Shown here piece by piece: positions 18,985-28,716 of a DNA stretch of 52,498 nt. The DNA is from Clostridiales bacterium (GTDB lineage: Bacteria > Bacillota > Clostridia > HGM11327). The stretch spans positions 1 to 52,498 of the forward strand of contig SVGI01000003.1 in the NCBI GenBank assembly GCA_015056385.1, written 5' to 3'. The notes under the pieces are model-generated. The model was not told the origin of the DNA and did not search any database. It was given only the letters and a program-made list of their open reading frames with translations. A program made the translations under genes and the position numbers. Positions within the stretch are counted from its first letter, which is position 1. Each line of letters opens with the position of its first letter.

Positions 18985-19046
18985 ATTTTTTGCCTTTCGT
19001 ATATAAAGTATATCTTGATTATATTATTTGCGCGCTGTTATGTCAA

Positions 19047-19075
19047 TAAAAAACGGGTGCTTAATAAGCACCCGC
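19047..19075 (-). terminator. Intrinsic terminator after oadB-oadG
   Basis: The minus strand reads GCGGGTGCTT-att-AAGCACCCG followed by TTTTTT. Confidence 0.75.
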
Positions 19076-19090
19076 TTTCATTCAAGCATT

Positions 19091-19276
19091 TTATTTCTTT
19101 TTCTTTCTGAACATGGCAAGCATAAGATATACGCCTAAAATAACCAATACGATAACTACGAAAACACCCAGCATACCCTTCCACATATAGGAAAGCGTTT
19201 CTACAAATTTAGAGAATACACCGGAGGGAGTAGGAGTGGCTGTTGATAAAATCATATTTGCTATAAAATTAAACAT
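19091..19276 (-). CDS. OadG-like small membrane subunit of a Na+-translocating decarboxylase
   Basis: A 61-aa single-TM protein (GMLGVFVVIVLVILGVYLMLAMF) lying directly downstream of the beta subunit. Confidence 0.6.
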   Translation of the reverse strand: MFNFIANMILSTATPTPSGVFSKFVETLSYMWKGMLGVFVVIVLVILGVYLMLAMFRKKKK

Positions 19277-19296
19277 CTGTTTTTCCTCCCTTCAAA

Positions 19297-20421
19297 TTAT
19301 CGTACGATAAGGCTCATTATCATACCGCCTGCAATAACAGAGGCGATCTGACCTGCAACGTTTGCGCCTGCTGCGTGCATAAGAAGGAAGTTTGAGGGAT
19401 CCTCCTTAAGGCCCATCTTATGTACAACTCTTGCAGACATGGGGAATGCAGAAATACCTGCAGCGCCTATCATGGGGTTTATTTTCTTCTTGCTGAAGAG
19501 GTTCATAAGCTTTGCAAACATAACGCCGCCAACTGTATCGAATACGAATGCGAACAAGCCAAGACCCAAAATCATAAGAGTTTCAACGTTGATAAACTGA
19601 TCTGCCTGCATTTTTGAAGCGATTGTAATGCCGAGGAAAAGCGTGATAAGGTTTGCAAGGACCTTCTGTGCAGTTTCGGAAAGATTATCCAAAACGCCGC
19701 ACTCACGTATAAGGTTGCCGAACATAAGGAAGCCAACGAGAGCAACTGAACGGGGAGCAAACAGACCTGCAAGAATAGTTACAACAATGGGGAACAAAAT
19801 GCGTACTATTTTAGGAATATCACGCTGGTTGTAGTCCATTCTTATAGAGCGCTCCTTCTTTGTTGTAATAAGCCTTATAACAGGGGGCTGAACAATGGGA
19901 ACAAGGGCCATGTAAGAATATGCCGCAACGATAATAGCGGGCAGATACTTTGTGCCGTACCAGTTTGCAACAAATATTGAGGTAGGGCCGTCTGCAGCGC
20001 CGATAATAGCGATAGATGCTGCGTCTGTAATATCAAAGCCAAGAAGAGTTGCAACGCTTAAGGTAAAGAATATACCGAACTGTGCTGCTGCGCCGAAAAG
20101 CATAAGCTTGGGGTTTGTAAACAGCGGTCCAAAGTCTATCATGGCGCCTATACCTACAAACAAAAGCAGGGGGAAAAGCTCGTTTGCAATACCTGCATTG
20201 AAAAGAATGTCAAGTGCGCCGTGCTCTGTAACGCCCTCTATTACCTGTGTTATAGCGCCTGAAAAAGGCAGATTAACCAATATAGCGCCAAAGCCTATGG
20301 GGAGAAGAAGGGTAGGCTCCATATCCTTCTTGATAGCAAGGTAGATAAGAATACCACCGATTGCCCACATAACTATCATTTTCCATGTGATAGCAGCAAA
20401 ATTTTCGAATAAAAATTCCAT
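19297..20421 (-). CDS. Sodium ion-translocating decarboxylase subunit beta (OadB/GcdB/MmdB family)
   Basis: A 374-aa polytopic protein with family-typical sequence (MIVMWAIGGILIYLAIKK..EPTLLLPIGFGAILVNLP, GAADGPTSIF, MIGAAGISAFPMSARV). Confidence 0.88.
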   Translation of the reverse strand: MEFLFENFAAITWKMIVMWAIGGILIYLAIKKDMEPTLLLPIGFGAILVNLPFSGAITQVIEGVTEHGALDILFNAGIANELFPLLLFVGIGAMIDFGPLFTNPKLMLFGAAAQFGIFFTLSVATLLGFDITDAASIAIIGAADGPTSIFVANWYGTKYLPAIIVAAYSYMALVPIVQPPVIRLITTKKERSIRMDYNQRDIPKIVRILFPIVVTILAGLFAPRSVALVGFLMFGNLIRECGVLDNLSETAQKVLANLITLFLGITIASKMQADQFINVETLMILGLGLFAFVFDTVGGVMFAKLMNLFSKKKINPMIGAAGISAFPMSARVVHKMGLKEDPSNFLLMHAAGANVAGQIASVIAGGMIMSLIVR

Positions 20422-20467
20422 AATTGCTCCGTTTTACTAATTTACGGCACATCCTGTGCCATTAAAT

Positions 20468-20496
20468 ATTATACACAAACACAGCCCCACAGTCAA
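20468..20496 (-). promoter_or_regulatory. Candidate sigma-A promoter of oadB
   Basis: On the minus strand: TTGACT (20491-20496), a 17-nt spacer ending in TGTG, then TATAAT (20468-20473). Confidence 0.6.
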
Positions 20497-20530
20497 GAAA
20501 GCTTGAATATTTTTAATTAATGATACACCG

Positions 20531-20565
20531 CAATAAATAAGGGGCAGAGAGAATCCCCGCCCCTT
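20531..20565 (-). terminator. Intrinsic terminator after the DUF378 gene
   Basis: The minus strand reads AAGGGGC-ggggattctctct-GCCCCTT followed by ATTTATT. Confidence 0.55.
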
Positions 20566-20584
20566 AAGGCTTAATATGAAGAGA

Positions 20585-20809
20585 TTACTTTGCCCCTTCT
20601 TCCACTACGCATACCCTTTTCCAATCTCTGAAAAGGAGTCCTATACACCAGGTACCTGCAATACCTACAAGGGCGTAAACTATTCTGCTTAAGGTTGCTG
20701 TTTGTCCGCCGAATATTGCCGCAACAAGGTCGAACTGAAAAACACCTACCAAAAGCCAGTTAAGAGCACCTATGATTACAAGTGTAAGTGCCGTTTTATC
20801 TAATCCCAT
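20585..20809 (-). CDS. DUF378 domain-containing small membrane protein
   Basis: The sequence IGALNWLLVGVFQFDLVAAIFGG matches the DUF378 signature as I recall it. Confidence 0.8.
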   Translation of the reverse strand: MGLDKTALTLVIIGALNWLLVGVFQFDLVAAIFGGQTATLSRIVYALVGIAGTWCIGLLFRDWKRVCVVEEGAK

Positions 20810-21047
20810 ACGTTTTTTCCTTTCTGTATTCTTTCTGTATTTACAAAGCGCACGCCGTAAAGCGCTGCGTCTTACTATATCATTCCCTTATTTAAGTGTA
20901 ATGATACAAAAATCATTTTACATAAAATTTTGTAAACAGGTGAATAATATATGCGGGTATTGGCTTTATATACAATTAAATATATGGTATAATAATGGAA
21001 ATTCATTTTCCTGAAAGGAGAGGTGCATAAAGCACCCCTGGATAAAT

Positions 21048-22517
21048 ATGAAAAAGCTTAATACTCTTGCATACGATTTTGGCGCCAGCAGCGGCAGAGG
21101 CATTATTGGTGAATACGACGGCGAAAGGCTTTCATTAAGAGAAATACACCGTTTTTCCAATGATCCCGTAAACCTTGCTGGGGCATTCTGCTGGGATTTC
21201 CCCGGCCTCTTCAACCAGGTGAAGCAGGGCCTTTTGAAAACAGACTGCGAAATTTCATCTATCGGTATAGATACCTGGGGCGTAGACTACGGTCTTTTAG
21301 ATAATGCCGGCAGGCTTATTTCAAACCCCTACCATTACAGGGACCTTCGTACAGACGGCTACCCCGAGGGCGCATACTCCACAATGGCCAAGGAGGATAT
21401 TTTCTCCAGAACAGGCCTTGCGTTTCTCAACTTCAACACCCTCTACCAGCTTCTTGCATCCAAAAAGGATACTCCCTATCTTCTTGACAACGCATCCACT
21501 CTTCTTATGATGCCGGACCTTTTTGCGTACTTCCTTACAGGGGCAGTTTCTACGGAATACACAATAGCATCCACATCACAGCTTATAAATATTGCCACAA
21601 GGTCCTGGGATATGGATTTAATCAGAAGCTTTGGCCTCCCCGAGCATATATTTACCTCTATTAACGAGCCCGGTGAGTTCAGAGGCAGGCTTCTCCCCTC
21701 ACTTGCAAGTGAGCTTTCAGTTGGAGAGATTCCCGTTATATCCGTTGCAGGCCACGATACAGCATCTGCTATTGCAAGCGTTCCCGCAAAGAAGGGCGAA
21801 AACTTTGCGTACATAAGCAGCGGAACATGGTCCCTTATGGGCACGGAAAGCACAACCCCCTGCCTTGACCCCACTGTTCTTGCAAACAACCTTACAAACG
21901 AGGGCGGCGTATTCTCTACATACAGAATACTCAAGAACATCATGGGCCTCTGGATAATTCAGGAGTGCAGAAGAAAATGGAACTCCGAGGGCAACAATTT
22001 CTCATTTGCAGACCTTGTAGACCTTGCAGAAAAGGAAAAGCCCCTTGTTTCATTTATCAACCCCGACGCAAAGGAGTTTATGTCCCCCGGCAATATGCCC
22101 GATAAGGTTAAGGAATTCTGCAGACGCACAGGTCAGCCCGTGCCCGAAACAATAGGCGCCGTTACACGCTGTGTATATGAAAGCCTTGCAATGGAATACA
22201 GGCACGTTCTCAATTCTCTTGAGGCACTTCCCAATGCGCCTAAGTACGATGCGCTTCACATTGTTGGCGGCGGCTCACAGAATCTCTTCCTCAACCGCGC
22301 TACGGCATGCGCTATAAACCGCAAGGTTGTATGCGGACCCGTAGAGGCAACTGCAATAGGCAATATCGCAATGCAGCTTGCAGGTCTTGGTGAGCTTAAT
22401 GGCATCAACGACATCCGCGAGCTTGTTTCACGCAGCTTTCCCACAACGGAATACCTTCCCACAGAGGCAGAACGCTGGGATGAGGCATACGAAAAATATC
22501 TTTCTATCCGCTTTTAA
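21048..22517 (+). CDS. rhaB: Rhamnulokinase / FGGY-family carbohydrate kinase
   Basis: The N-terminus DFGASSGRGI ... L.EIHRFSN ... WDF is rhamnulokinase-like. FGGY motifs GIDTWGVDYGLL and HIVGGGSQN are also present. Confidence 0.75.
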   Translation: MKKLNTLAYDFGASSGRGIIGEYDGERLSLREIHRFSNDPVNLAGAFCWDFPGLFNQVKQGLLKTDCEISSIGIDTWGVDYGLLDNAGRLISNPYHYRDLRTDGYPEGAYSTMAKEDIFSRTGLAFLNFNTLYQLLASKKDTPYLLDNASTLLMMPDLFAYFLTGAVSTEYTIASTSQLINIATRSWDMDLIRSFGLPEHIFTSINEPGEFRGRLLPSLASELSVGEIPVISVAGHDTASAIASVPAKKGENFAYISSGTWSLMGTESTTPCLDPTVLANNLTNEGGVFSTYRILKNIMGLWIIQECRRKWNSEGNNFSFADLVDLAEKEKPLVSFINPDAKEFMSPGNMPDKVKEFCRRTGQPVPETIGAVTRCVYESLAMEYRHVLNSLEALPNAPKYDALHIVGGGSQNLFLNRATACAINRKVVCGPVEATAIGNIAMQLAGLGELNGINDIRELVSRSFPTTEYLPTEAERWDEAYEKYLSIRF

Positions 22518-22527
22518 GGTGTAGACC

Positions 22528-23097
22528 ATGAATAAAAAAATCTGTGTATATACTTCATCAAGCACCGTTCTTGATAAAAAATACCTTGAGCTTGCCCGAA
22601 GCCTGGGCAGAGCAATAGGCAAGGCCCGGGACGCTCTTGTTTACGGCGCAGGCATCATAGGTATGATGGGCGAGGTTGCAGAGGGCGTACGTGAGGAGGG
22701 CGGCAGTATATACGGCTTTATCCCCGAAAGGCTCAATATCAAGGGCATCGCCTACGAGCACTGTACAAGCCTTGAGGTTACCCCTGATATGTACACAAGA
22801 AAAAAGAAAATGTCCGATATGGCAGACGCCTTTATAATACTGCCCGGTGGCTTCGGCACAATGGACGAGTTTTTTGACGTACTTACCTTAAAGCAACTTG
22901 GATATATGGATAAGCCCATAGTAATAGTACAGCTCGACGGATTTTACGACGGGCTTATACACCAGCTTTCCACTATGTTTTCCGAAAAATTCACCAAGGC
23001 AAGCTTCGAAAAATATTATCACGTATCCAACAGCGTATCTGATGCGTTGGAATACATAAATAATTACGAGCCCGTAGGGTTGACAAGCAAATGGTAA
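22528..23097 (+). CDS. LOG family / TIGR00730 Rossmann-fold nucleotide-binding protein
   Basis: It carries the PGGFGTMDEFFD motif and an N-terminus of the form VY.SS. Confidence 0.85.
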   Translation: MNKKICVYTSSSTVLDKKYLELARSLGRAIGKARDALVYGAGIIGMMGEVAEGVREEGGSIYGFIPERLNIKGIAYEHCTSLEVTPDMYTRKKKMSDMADAFIILPGGFGTMDEFFDVLTLKQLGYMDKPIVIVQLDGFYDGLIHQLSTMFSEKFTKASFEKYYHVSNSVSDALEYINNYEPVGLTSKW

Positions 23098-23783
23098 GCT
23101 TTAACATCAACCATCAGCCAAGGCTTCTTGCAGGTCTTGAAGCCGTAGGCAAATGCAACGTGCTTGCCGATATAGGCACAGACCACGGCTTTGTATCCGT
23201 ATACGCCGTAGCAAAGGGTATTGCGCAAAGGGCAATAGCCACGGATATAAGCAAAAAATCCCTTGATAAGGCCATTGTTCTTACAGAGGAAATGGGCCTT
23301 ACGGATAAAATAGAATGCCGTGTGGGAGACGGGCTTGTACCCCTTAAGCCAAACGAGGCGGACGTTATATTTATTGCGGGTATGGGCGGGGATTTGATTC
23401 TTAGGATACTTGCAGGCTCCCCCAAAATATGCACCGCAGCCCAAAGTATAGTAATGATACCTATGCAAAACACCTCTAAATTAAGAGCAGGGCTTTGGAG
23501 GCTTCCCCTTAAGATAACCCGAGAAAGCCTTGTACGTGAAAACGGGCGTATATACGAGGTGATAAAGGCTATACCCCATAAGGATACACCCTACACCCTT
23601 GCGGAGGAGCTGCTGGGCAGAAAGGGCGCCCGTGAGCAGGGCCCTCTTTTTAAGGAATACGTTACCTTGAAGCTGGAAAAGGTAAATAAGCTTTTAAGCC
23701 TTGTGCCCGATGAGGCGCAAAGCCGAAAGGAAGAGCTTATTCAGCATAAAGAGATATTTGAAAAAGCGCTAAAAGAGCTTTGA
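23091..23783 (+). CDS. trmK: tRNA (adenine22-N1)-methyltransferase TrmK
   Basis: LADIGTDHGFV, ATDISKKSLDKA and IAGMGGDLI are present. The start overlaps the LOG stop codon (ATGGTAA). Confidence 0.82.
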   Translation: MVSFNINHQPRLLAGLEAVGKCNVLADIGTDHGFVSVYAVAKGIAQRAIATDISKKSLDKAIVLTEEMGLTDKIECRVGDGLVPLKPNEADVIFIAGMGGDLILRILAGSPKICTAAQSIVMIPMQNTSKLRAGLWRLPLKITRESLVRENGRIYEVIKAIPHKDTPYTLAEELLGRKGAREQGPLFKEYVTLKLEKVNKLLSLVPDEAQSRKEELIQHKEIFEKALKEL

Positions 23784-23799
23784 TAAACAAACACTACAC

Positions 23800-23834
23800 G
23801 GAGGTAAATACAGCGTAATTTACCTCCTTTGTTT
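23800..23834 (+). terminator. Intrinsic terminator after trmK
   Basis: GGAGGTAAAT (23800-23809) pairs with ATTTACCTCC (23818-23827), followed by TTTGTTT. Confidence 0.8.
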
Positions 23835-23895
23835 ATATAGAGTTTATTAAACGGATATATTATTTCTCCGTAACATCATATAAGGAAGATTCAGC

Positions 23896-24570
23896 ATGGT
23901 TAATATTCTTGTTGTGGATGACGATAAAAACACACGTCTTCTGTTCAAAGCAATACTGGAAAGAGAAAAATACAACGTCTTTACTGTCTCAAACGGAAGC
24001 GAGGCTCTTGATTTTATGGATAAAGAGCATATCGACCTTATCGTACTTGATATAATGATGCCCCAAATGGATGGCTATGAATTCACACAAACCCTTCGCA
24101 GCTCAAACATAAGCCTACCGATACTTATGGTTTCCGCAAAGCAGTTTCCCTCGGATAAGCGCCGGGGCTTTCTGGTAGGCACAGACGATTACATAACCAA
24201 GCCCATAGACGAGGATGAAATGCTTTTGAGAATCAAGGCTCTTTTACGCCGTTCACAAATTGTTACCGAGCGCAGAATCGTTATAGGCGACGTTGTTCTT
24301 GACTACGATTCATTTACTGTATCAAAAAACGGACAACAACAGGAGCTTCCCCAAAAGGAATTCCTGCTTTTATATAAATTACTGTCTTACCCCTCAAGAA
24401 TTTTCACCCGTATTCAGCTTATGGATGAAATCTGGGGGGCAGACAGTGAAACGGGCTGGGAAACTGTAACGGTTCATATCGGGCGTCTGCGCAAACGCTT
24501 CGAGGGCTGGAACGAATTTGAAATAATCTCTGTTAGAGGTTTGGGGTATAAGGCTGTTAAAAAAATATGA
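23896..24570 (+). CDS. OmpR-family response regulator
   Basis: It has a receiver domain (VDDD ... DLIVLDIMMPQMDG ... K) and a winged-helix output domain (LLYKLLSYP.RIFTR.QLMDEIWG, VHIGRLRKR). Confidence 0.9.
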   Translation: MVNILVVDDDKNTRLLFKAILEREKYNVFTVSNGSEALDFMDKEHIDLIVLDIMMPQMDGYEFTQTLRSSNISLPILMVSAKQFPSDKRRGFLVGTDDYITKPIDEDEMLLRIKALLRRSQIVTERRIVIGDVVLDYDSFTVSKNGQQQELPQKEFLLLYKLLSYPSRIFTRIQLMDEIWGADSETGWETVTVHIGRLRKRFEGWNEFEIISVRGLGYKAVKKI

Positions 24571-25652
24571 GATCCAAAGAAAAAAACATAAAAATTAAGG
24601 TCCTCTTCCTTTTTTCGGTAGTTGTAATTGCTATACACGCAATAACAACATTCCTTTCCTCCATAGTTATATATCTGCTTGCAAGCACAGGTGTAATATC
24701 ATACGATTTTCCTAAAATAATACCCTTCCTTCTCTTTATGAACCTGGTATGTATTGCAGTCGGTGTATGCATATCCCCCTTCGTTAGCCGCAAGCCTCTT
24801 CGTCCGATAAACAGAATAATAACTCAGATGAACAGGCTTGCCTCGGGGGATTTTTCCGCAAGGCTTGATTTCGGGCGCCCCATAAACACGCATCCCGTAT
24901 TTGTGGAGATGAAAACCAGCTTTAACAAAATGGCTGAGGAGCTTGAAAATACAGAAATGCTCCGTTCCGATTTTATAAACAACTTTTCTCACGAATTCAA
25001 AACTCCCATAGTTTCCATCGCCGGCTTTGCAAAGCTTCTCAAAAATGCAGACCTTACGGAGGATGAACGTAAAGAATACATAAATATTATCGAGGAGGAA
25101 TCTCTTCGCCTTGCCCAGATGGCAACCAACGTGCTCAATCTCACCAAAGTAGAAAATCAAAGCATACTTACGGATATTTCATACTTTAACCTGTCAGAGC
25201 AAATACGCTTTGTAATGCTTTTATTTGAAGATAAATGGACGGCAAAGGACATTTCACTATGCGTAGATTTCAACGAGTATTACGTATACGCCAACGAGGA
25301 TCTGCTTAAGCAGGTGTGGATAAATCTTATAGATAATGCAATAAAATTCTCCGATAACAAGGGGTGTGTTTCAATAGATATTCGCAGTGATGATAATGAA
25401 TATTTGAATATCTCCGTTTCCAACACAGGTAATACCATTCCTCCCGAAAGCATACCCCGTATATTCAACAAATTTTACCAGGTGGATGAATCTCATTCCG
25501 GCTTGGGCAACGGCATAGGCTTAAACATTGTAAAACGGGCTGTTGAGCTTCACGGCGGAAGCGTTACCGTTGAAAGCCAAAACAGAGCCACCACCTTCAC
25601 CGTACATATACCGTCCGTACAGCCCGCCACCGACACATTAAAATCCACGTAA
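24567..25652 (+). CDS. Sensor histidine kinase, intramembrane-sensing type (two TM with a very short external loop)
   Basis: It has an H-box FSHEFKTPI, an N-box LIDNAIKFS and a G-box GLGNGIGLNIVK. Two N-terminal TMs are separated by about 10 residues. The gene overlaps the response regulator stop by 4 nt. Confidence 0.9.
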   Translation: MRSKEKNIKIKVLFLFSVVVIAIHAITTFLSSIVIYLLASTGVISYDFPKIIPFLLFMNLVCIAVGVCISPFVSRKPLRPINRIITQMNRLASGDFSARLDFGRPINTHPVFVEMKTSFNKMAEELENTEMLRSDFINNFSHEFKTPIVSIAGFAKLLKNADLTEDERKEYINIIEEESLRLAQMATNVLNLTKVENQSILTDISYFNLSEQIRFVMLLFEDKWTAKDISLCVDFNEYYVYANEDLLKQVWINLIDNAIKFSDNKGCVSIDIRSDDNEYLNISVSNTGNTIPPESIPRIFNKFYQVDESHSGLGNGIGLNIVKRAVELHGGSVTVESQNRATTFTVHIPSVQPATDTLKST

Positions 25653-25703
25653 TAACAGAACCCGGCTCTGTTCTGTAATTCGGCTTATAGGTGATAAAAT
25701 ATT

Positions 25704-26450
25704 ATGAATAATGACGATAACACATCCTTAAATCTACCCTCAACCCAAACAGACAGCTATTACATATCAAGGCTACGCTCCACTACAGACGACGCCACGC
25801 TTAAATGGATCAGCGATAAAACCGCAGAATTCGTTAAATTTATGTCCTACTATCGCTGTGCTTTAATGGAGCTTGAAACAAAATTCAAGGTACTCAATGA
25901 GGGGTACTCCCTTACTCACGACAGAAACCCAATAAGCTCCATACAAACAAGGCTTAAAAGTCCCCAGAGCATAAAGGAAAAGCTATTGAGAAAAAACCTC
26001 GGTACAAGTATTTCCTCAATGGAAAATAATCTTAACGATATTGCAGGGGTAAGAGTAATATGCACCTTTCTTGATGACGTATATACGGTAGCGGAAACGC
26101 TTATACAGCAGGATGACGTAAAGCTTATTTCCTTTAAGGATTACATTGTAAATCCAAAGGAAAACGGCTACCGCAGTCTGCATCTCGTTGTGGCAATACC
26201 GATTTTCCTTTCCAATGAAAAGAGGACTGTAAAAGCAGAAATACAGTTGAGAACGATTGCCATGGATTCCTGGGCAAGCCTTGAGCATCAAATAAGATAT
26301 AAAAAAGACGTATCTGTTTCCGATGATGTTGCCAAGGATTTGCTGGACTGCGCCTGGCTTAGTACTCTGCTTGATCAGAAAATGAATTCTCTTCTTCACA
26401 GAATACCGGCAGAAGGCAGTAAAGAGCAGACTGAAATAAAATTTTGGTAG
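25704..26450 (+). CDS. Small alarmone synthetase (RelQ/RelP-type GTP pyrophosphokinase, RelA/SpoT synthetase domain only)
   Basis: DIAGVRVICTF, NGYRSLHLVV and EIQLRTIAMDSWASLEHQIRYK are present. No HD hydrolase domain was seen. Confidence 0.85.
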   Translation: MNNDDNTSLNLPSTQTDSYYISRLRSTTDDATLKWISDKTAEFVKFMSYYRCALMELETKFKVLNEGYSLTHDRNPISSIQTRLKSPQSIKEKLLRKNLGTSISSMENNLNDIAGVRVICTFLDDVYTVAETLIQQDDVKLISFKDYIVNPKENGYRSLHLVVAIPIFLSNEKRTVKAEIQLRTIAMDSWASLEHQIRYKKDVSVSDDVAKDLLDCAWLSTLLDQKMNSLLHRIPAEGSKEQTEIKFW

Positions 26451-26542
26451 TAGGCAAAAACAAAAGATTCATTCCTTTTTTACGTTTATTTTAAGAAAAC
26501 TGTATTATAATTGTTTATATAATGAGAAAGGTGAAAATTTCC

Positions 26543-26959
26543 ATGAAATACAGATTTGCCAACCTAATGTATAAAATAAAAAGTTATCTTTCACGCTGCT
26601 ACAAAACAGATGAATTGGGAATTGTATTACTTGCAATATCTCTTCTGCTTTCACTTTTAAGCTATATACCCTACATGGGATTTTTAACGTTTCTCGGTAT
26701 GGGGCTTGTTATATGGGAGGGCGTGAGATTCTTTTCACTTAACTATACCGCAAGAAGGCGGGAGCTTGATGTGTACCTTAAAATCAAATTCAAAATAAAA
26801 AATTTCTTTTCCTCTGCCGCAAGGCGTATAAAAGACAGGAAAAAGTACAAATACTTCAAATGCAAGGTTTGCAAAACAACACTGAGGGTCCCTCGCGGCA
26901 AGGGCAAGGTGAAAATCACCTGCAAAAGCTGCGGTAACAAATTTATTGCAAAAACATAA
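26543..26959 (+). CDS. Hypothetical membrane protein with a C-terminal zinc ribbon
   Basis: It has two TMs followed by CKVCKTTLRVP...ITCKSCGNKF (CxxC...CxxC). The start was set at the ATG at 26543 after AAAGGTGA. The ORF track starts at 26522. Confidence 0.5.
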   Translation: MKYRFANLMYKIKSYLSRCYKTDELGIVLLAISLLLSLLSYIPYMGFLTFLGMGLVIWEGVRFFSLNYTARRRELDVYLKIKFKIKNFFSSAARRIKDRKKYKYFKCKVCKTTLRVPRGKGKVKITCKSCGNKFIAKT

Positions 26960-26976
26960 AGGAGATATAAAAGTAA

Positions 26977-27729
26977 ATGGCAAAGGCACGAAAAATAAAG
27001 CAAGCCCTTTCGGATACAAGAAAAAGGTATATTGCCCGCCTTGTAATAAGATGCCTTATACTTATTGCAAGTGTTTTCGTGCTTATATTCTCACCCTCAC
27101 AGTTTAGCGTACTAAACGGAGCAGGCTTTTTTACGGAGTTTTCCGTATTCCACATTCTGTGGGCAATATGGGTGGGAGATATGATTTGTCAGCTTATACC
27201 CATAAAGAAAAAGATACCCTTAGGCTCTCAAAAGCTGTTTTCCGCCCATTTTAAGCCTATCCGCGAAAAAATAAATCACGAAACACTTAGGGCGTATATA
27301 ATTTCCACCACGCGCTCTGCCTACAAGGTTTTTGTTATATGGGCTATTATGCTTTTTGTGCTGGGCGCGCTGTATTATACAGGCGTAATCTCCCCTGTGT
27401 TTTTATTTATGACAAGCATCACGTTCTACGTATGCGACCTTATATGCGTGCTTGTGTGGTGTCCCTTCAGGCTTATTATGAAAAACAAGTGCTGTACCAC
27501 CTGCAGAATATTTAACTGGGACCACCTTATGATGCTTACCCCTATGATATTCATAAACGGCTTTTACTCCGTTTCACTTGTTGCGCTTTCATTTGCCGTG
27601 TGGGTGGTATGGGAGGTTTGCGTTATGATGTATCCGGAAAGATTCTGGGAGGGCTCCAACGTTGCCCTTCAATGCTCCAGCTGTACGGATAAGCTCTGTA
27701 CCCAATATTGCAGAAAGCTCCGCGGATAA
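26977..27729 (+). CDS. Hypothetical polytopic membrane protein, Cys-rich
   Basis: A 250-aa ORF with an AAGGAG RBS and several TMs. It contains the Cys clusters CCTTCRIFNWDH and CSSCTDKLCTQYC. Confidence 0.5.
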   Translation: MAKARKIKQALSDTRKRYIARLVIRCLILIASVFVLIFSPSQFSVLNGAGFFTEFSVFHILWAIWVGDMICQLIPIKKKIPLGSQKLFSAHFKPIREKINHETLRAYIISTTRSAYKVFVIWAIMLFVLGALYYTGVISPVFLFMTSITFYVCDLICVLVWCPFRLIMKNKCCTTCRIFNWDHLMMLTPMIFINGFYSVSLVALSFAVWVVWEVCVMMYPERFWEGSNVALQCSSCTDKLCTQYCRKLRG

Positions 27730-27811
27730 GCGGGTATTTTGGAATAAACTTGAAAAAAACAGCGTAAAGTGGTATAAAAGCATTATATATTATTTTCGGA
27801 GATAACAAACA

Positions 27812-28672
27812 GTGGGCAAAAAATACGTTTTATACAATCTATTGGCAGGTAACAAAAACAAAAGCGTCAACGAAAAAAGGCTTCAGGGCTATTACCCCGG
27901 TGATACTCTTGAATACATTTACCTTACGCCTGAATTCGATTACAGGGGCTTTGTTGAGTCCCTTGATAATGACGACAGTATTATAGTCTGCGGCGGGGAC
28001 GGCACGTTAAACAGATTCATAAACGCCATAGAGGGTATCCCTCTTAAAAACGACCTGTATTTCTTCGGTACGGGTAGCGGAAACGACTTTTTAAGGGATT
28101 TAGGTGTTGAAAAGCAATCCGCCCCCATACTTATAAACGAGTATATGAAAAATCTCCCTGTTGCAACGGTAAACGGCGTAGCGTACAGATTTTTTAACGC
28201 AATAGGCTACGGGCTGGACGGCTACTGCTGCCAGCGCAGCGACGAATTAAGGGCAAGAGGTAAAAAGAAAATAAATTACACGTCCATAGCCCTTGGGGGA
28301 CTTCTTTTCAGATACAAGCCCTCTGATGCAACGGTGTGGGTGGACGGTGAAAAATACGAATTCAAAAGCGTATATATGGCCCCGACAATGTTCGGCAAGT
28401 TCTTCGGCGGCGGCGCACAGCCTGCGCCTAACCAAAGCAGAAGAAACAAGGAGCATAAGGTTTCTCTTGCAATAATACATAACGCGCCTAAATTATTTCT
28501 TCTGCGTGTATTCCCCACTGTATTCAAGGGTACCCACGTCAGATACAAGTCCATTGTAAAAATAATGGAGGGCCATGAAATATCGGTAAAATTCAAAAGC
28601 CCCTGCGCGTTACAGATAGACGGCGAGGTTATTTTGAACGTATACGGCTACACCGTAAATTCCAGATTATGA
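27812..28672 (+). CDS. Diacylglycerol/lipid kinase family protein (YegS/DagK-like)
   Basis: It carries the DAGK catalytic motif IIVCGGDGTLNRFINAI and GTGSGNDF. It starts at a GTG preceded by GGAGA. Confidence 0.78.
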   Translation: MGKKYVLYNLLAGNKNKSVNEKRLQGYYPGDTLEYIYLTPEFDYRGFVESLDNDDSIIVCGGDGTLNRFINAIEGIPLKNDLYFFGTGSGNDFLRDLGVEKQSAPILINEYMKNLPVATVNGVAYRFFNAIGYGLDGYCCQRSDELRARGKKKINYTSIALGGLLFRYKPSDATVWVDGEKYEFKSVYMAPTMFGKFFGGGAQPAPNQSRRNKEHKVSLAIIHNAPKLFLLRVFPTVFKGTHVRYKSIVKIMEGHEISVKFKSPCALQIDGEVILNVYGYTVNSRL

Positions 28673-28716
28673 ATCAAGCATACAGCATATATCTTTCCTG
28701 AAAGGAGCGATAAAAT

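Noticed and set aside
20900-20960. CcpA cre site upstream of rhaB (TGTAAACAGGTGAA)
   Set aside because: It mismatches the cre consensus at the central CG and in the 3' half (four or more mismatches).
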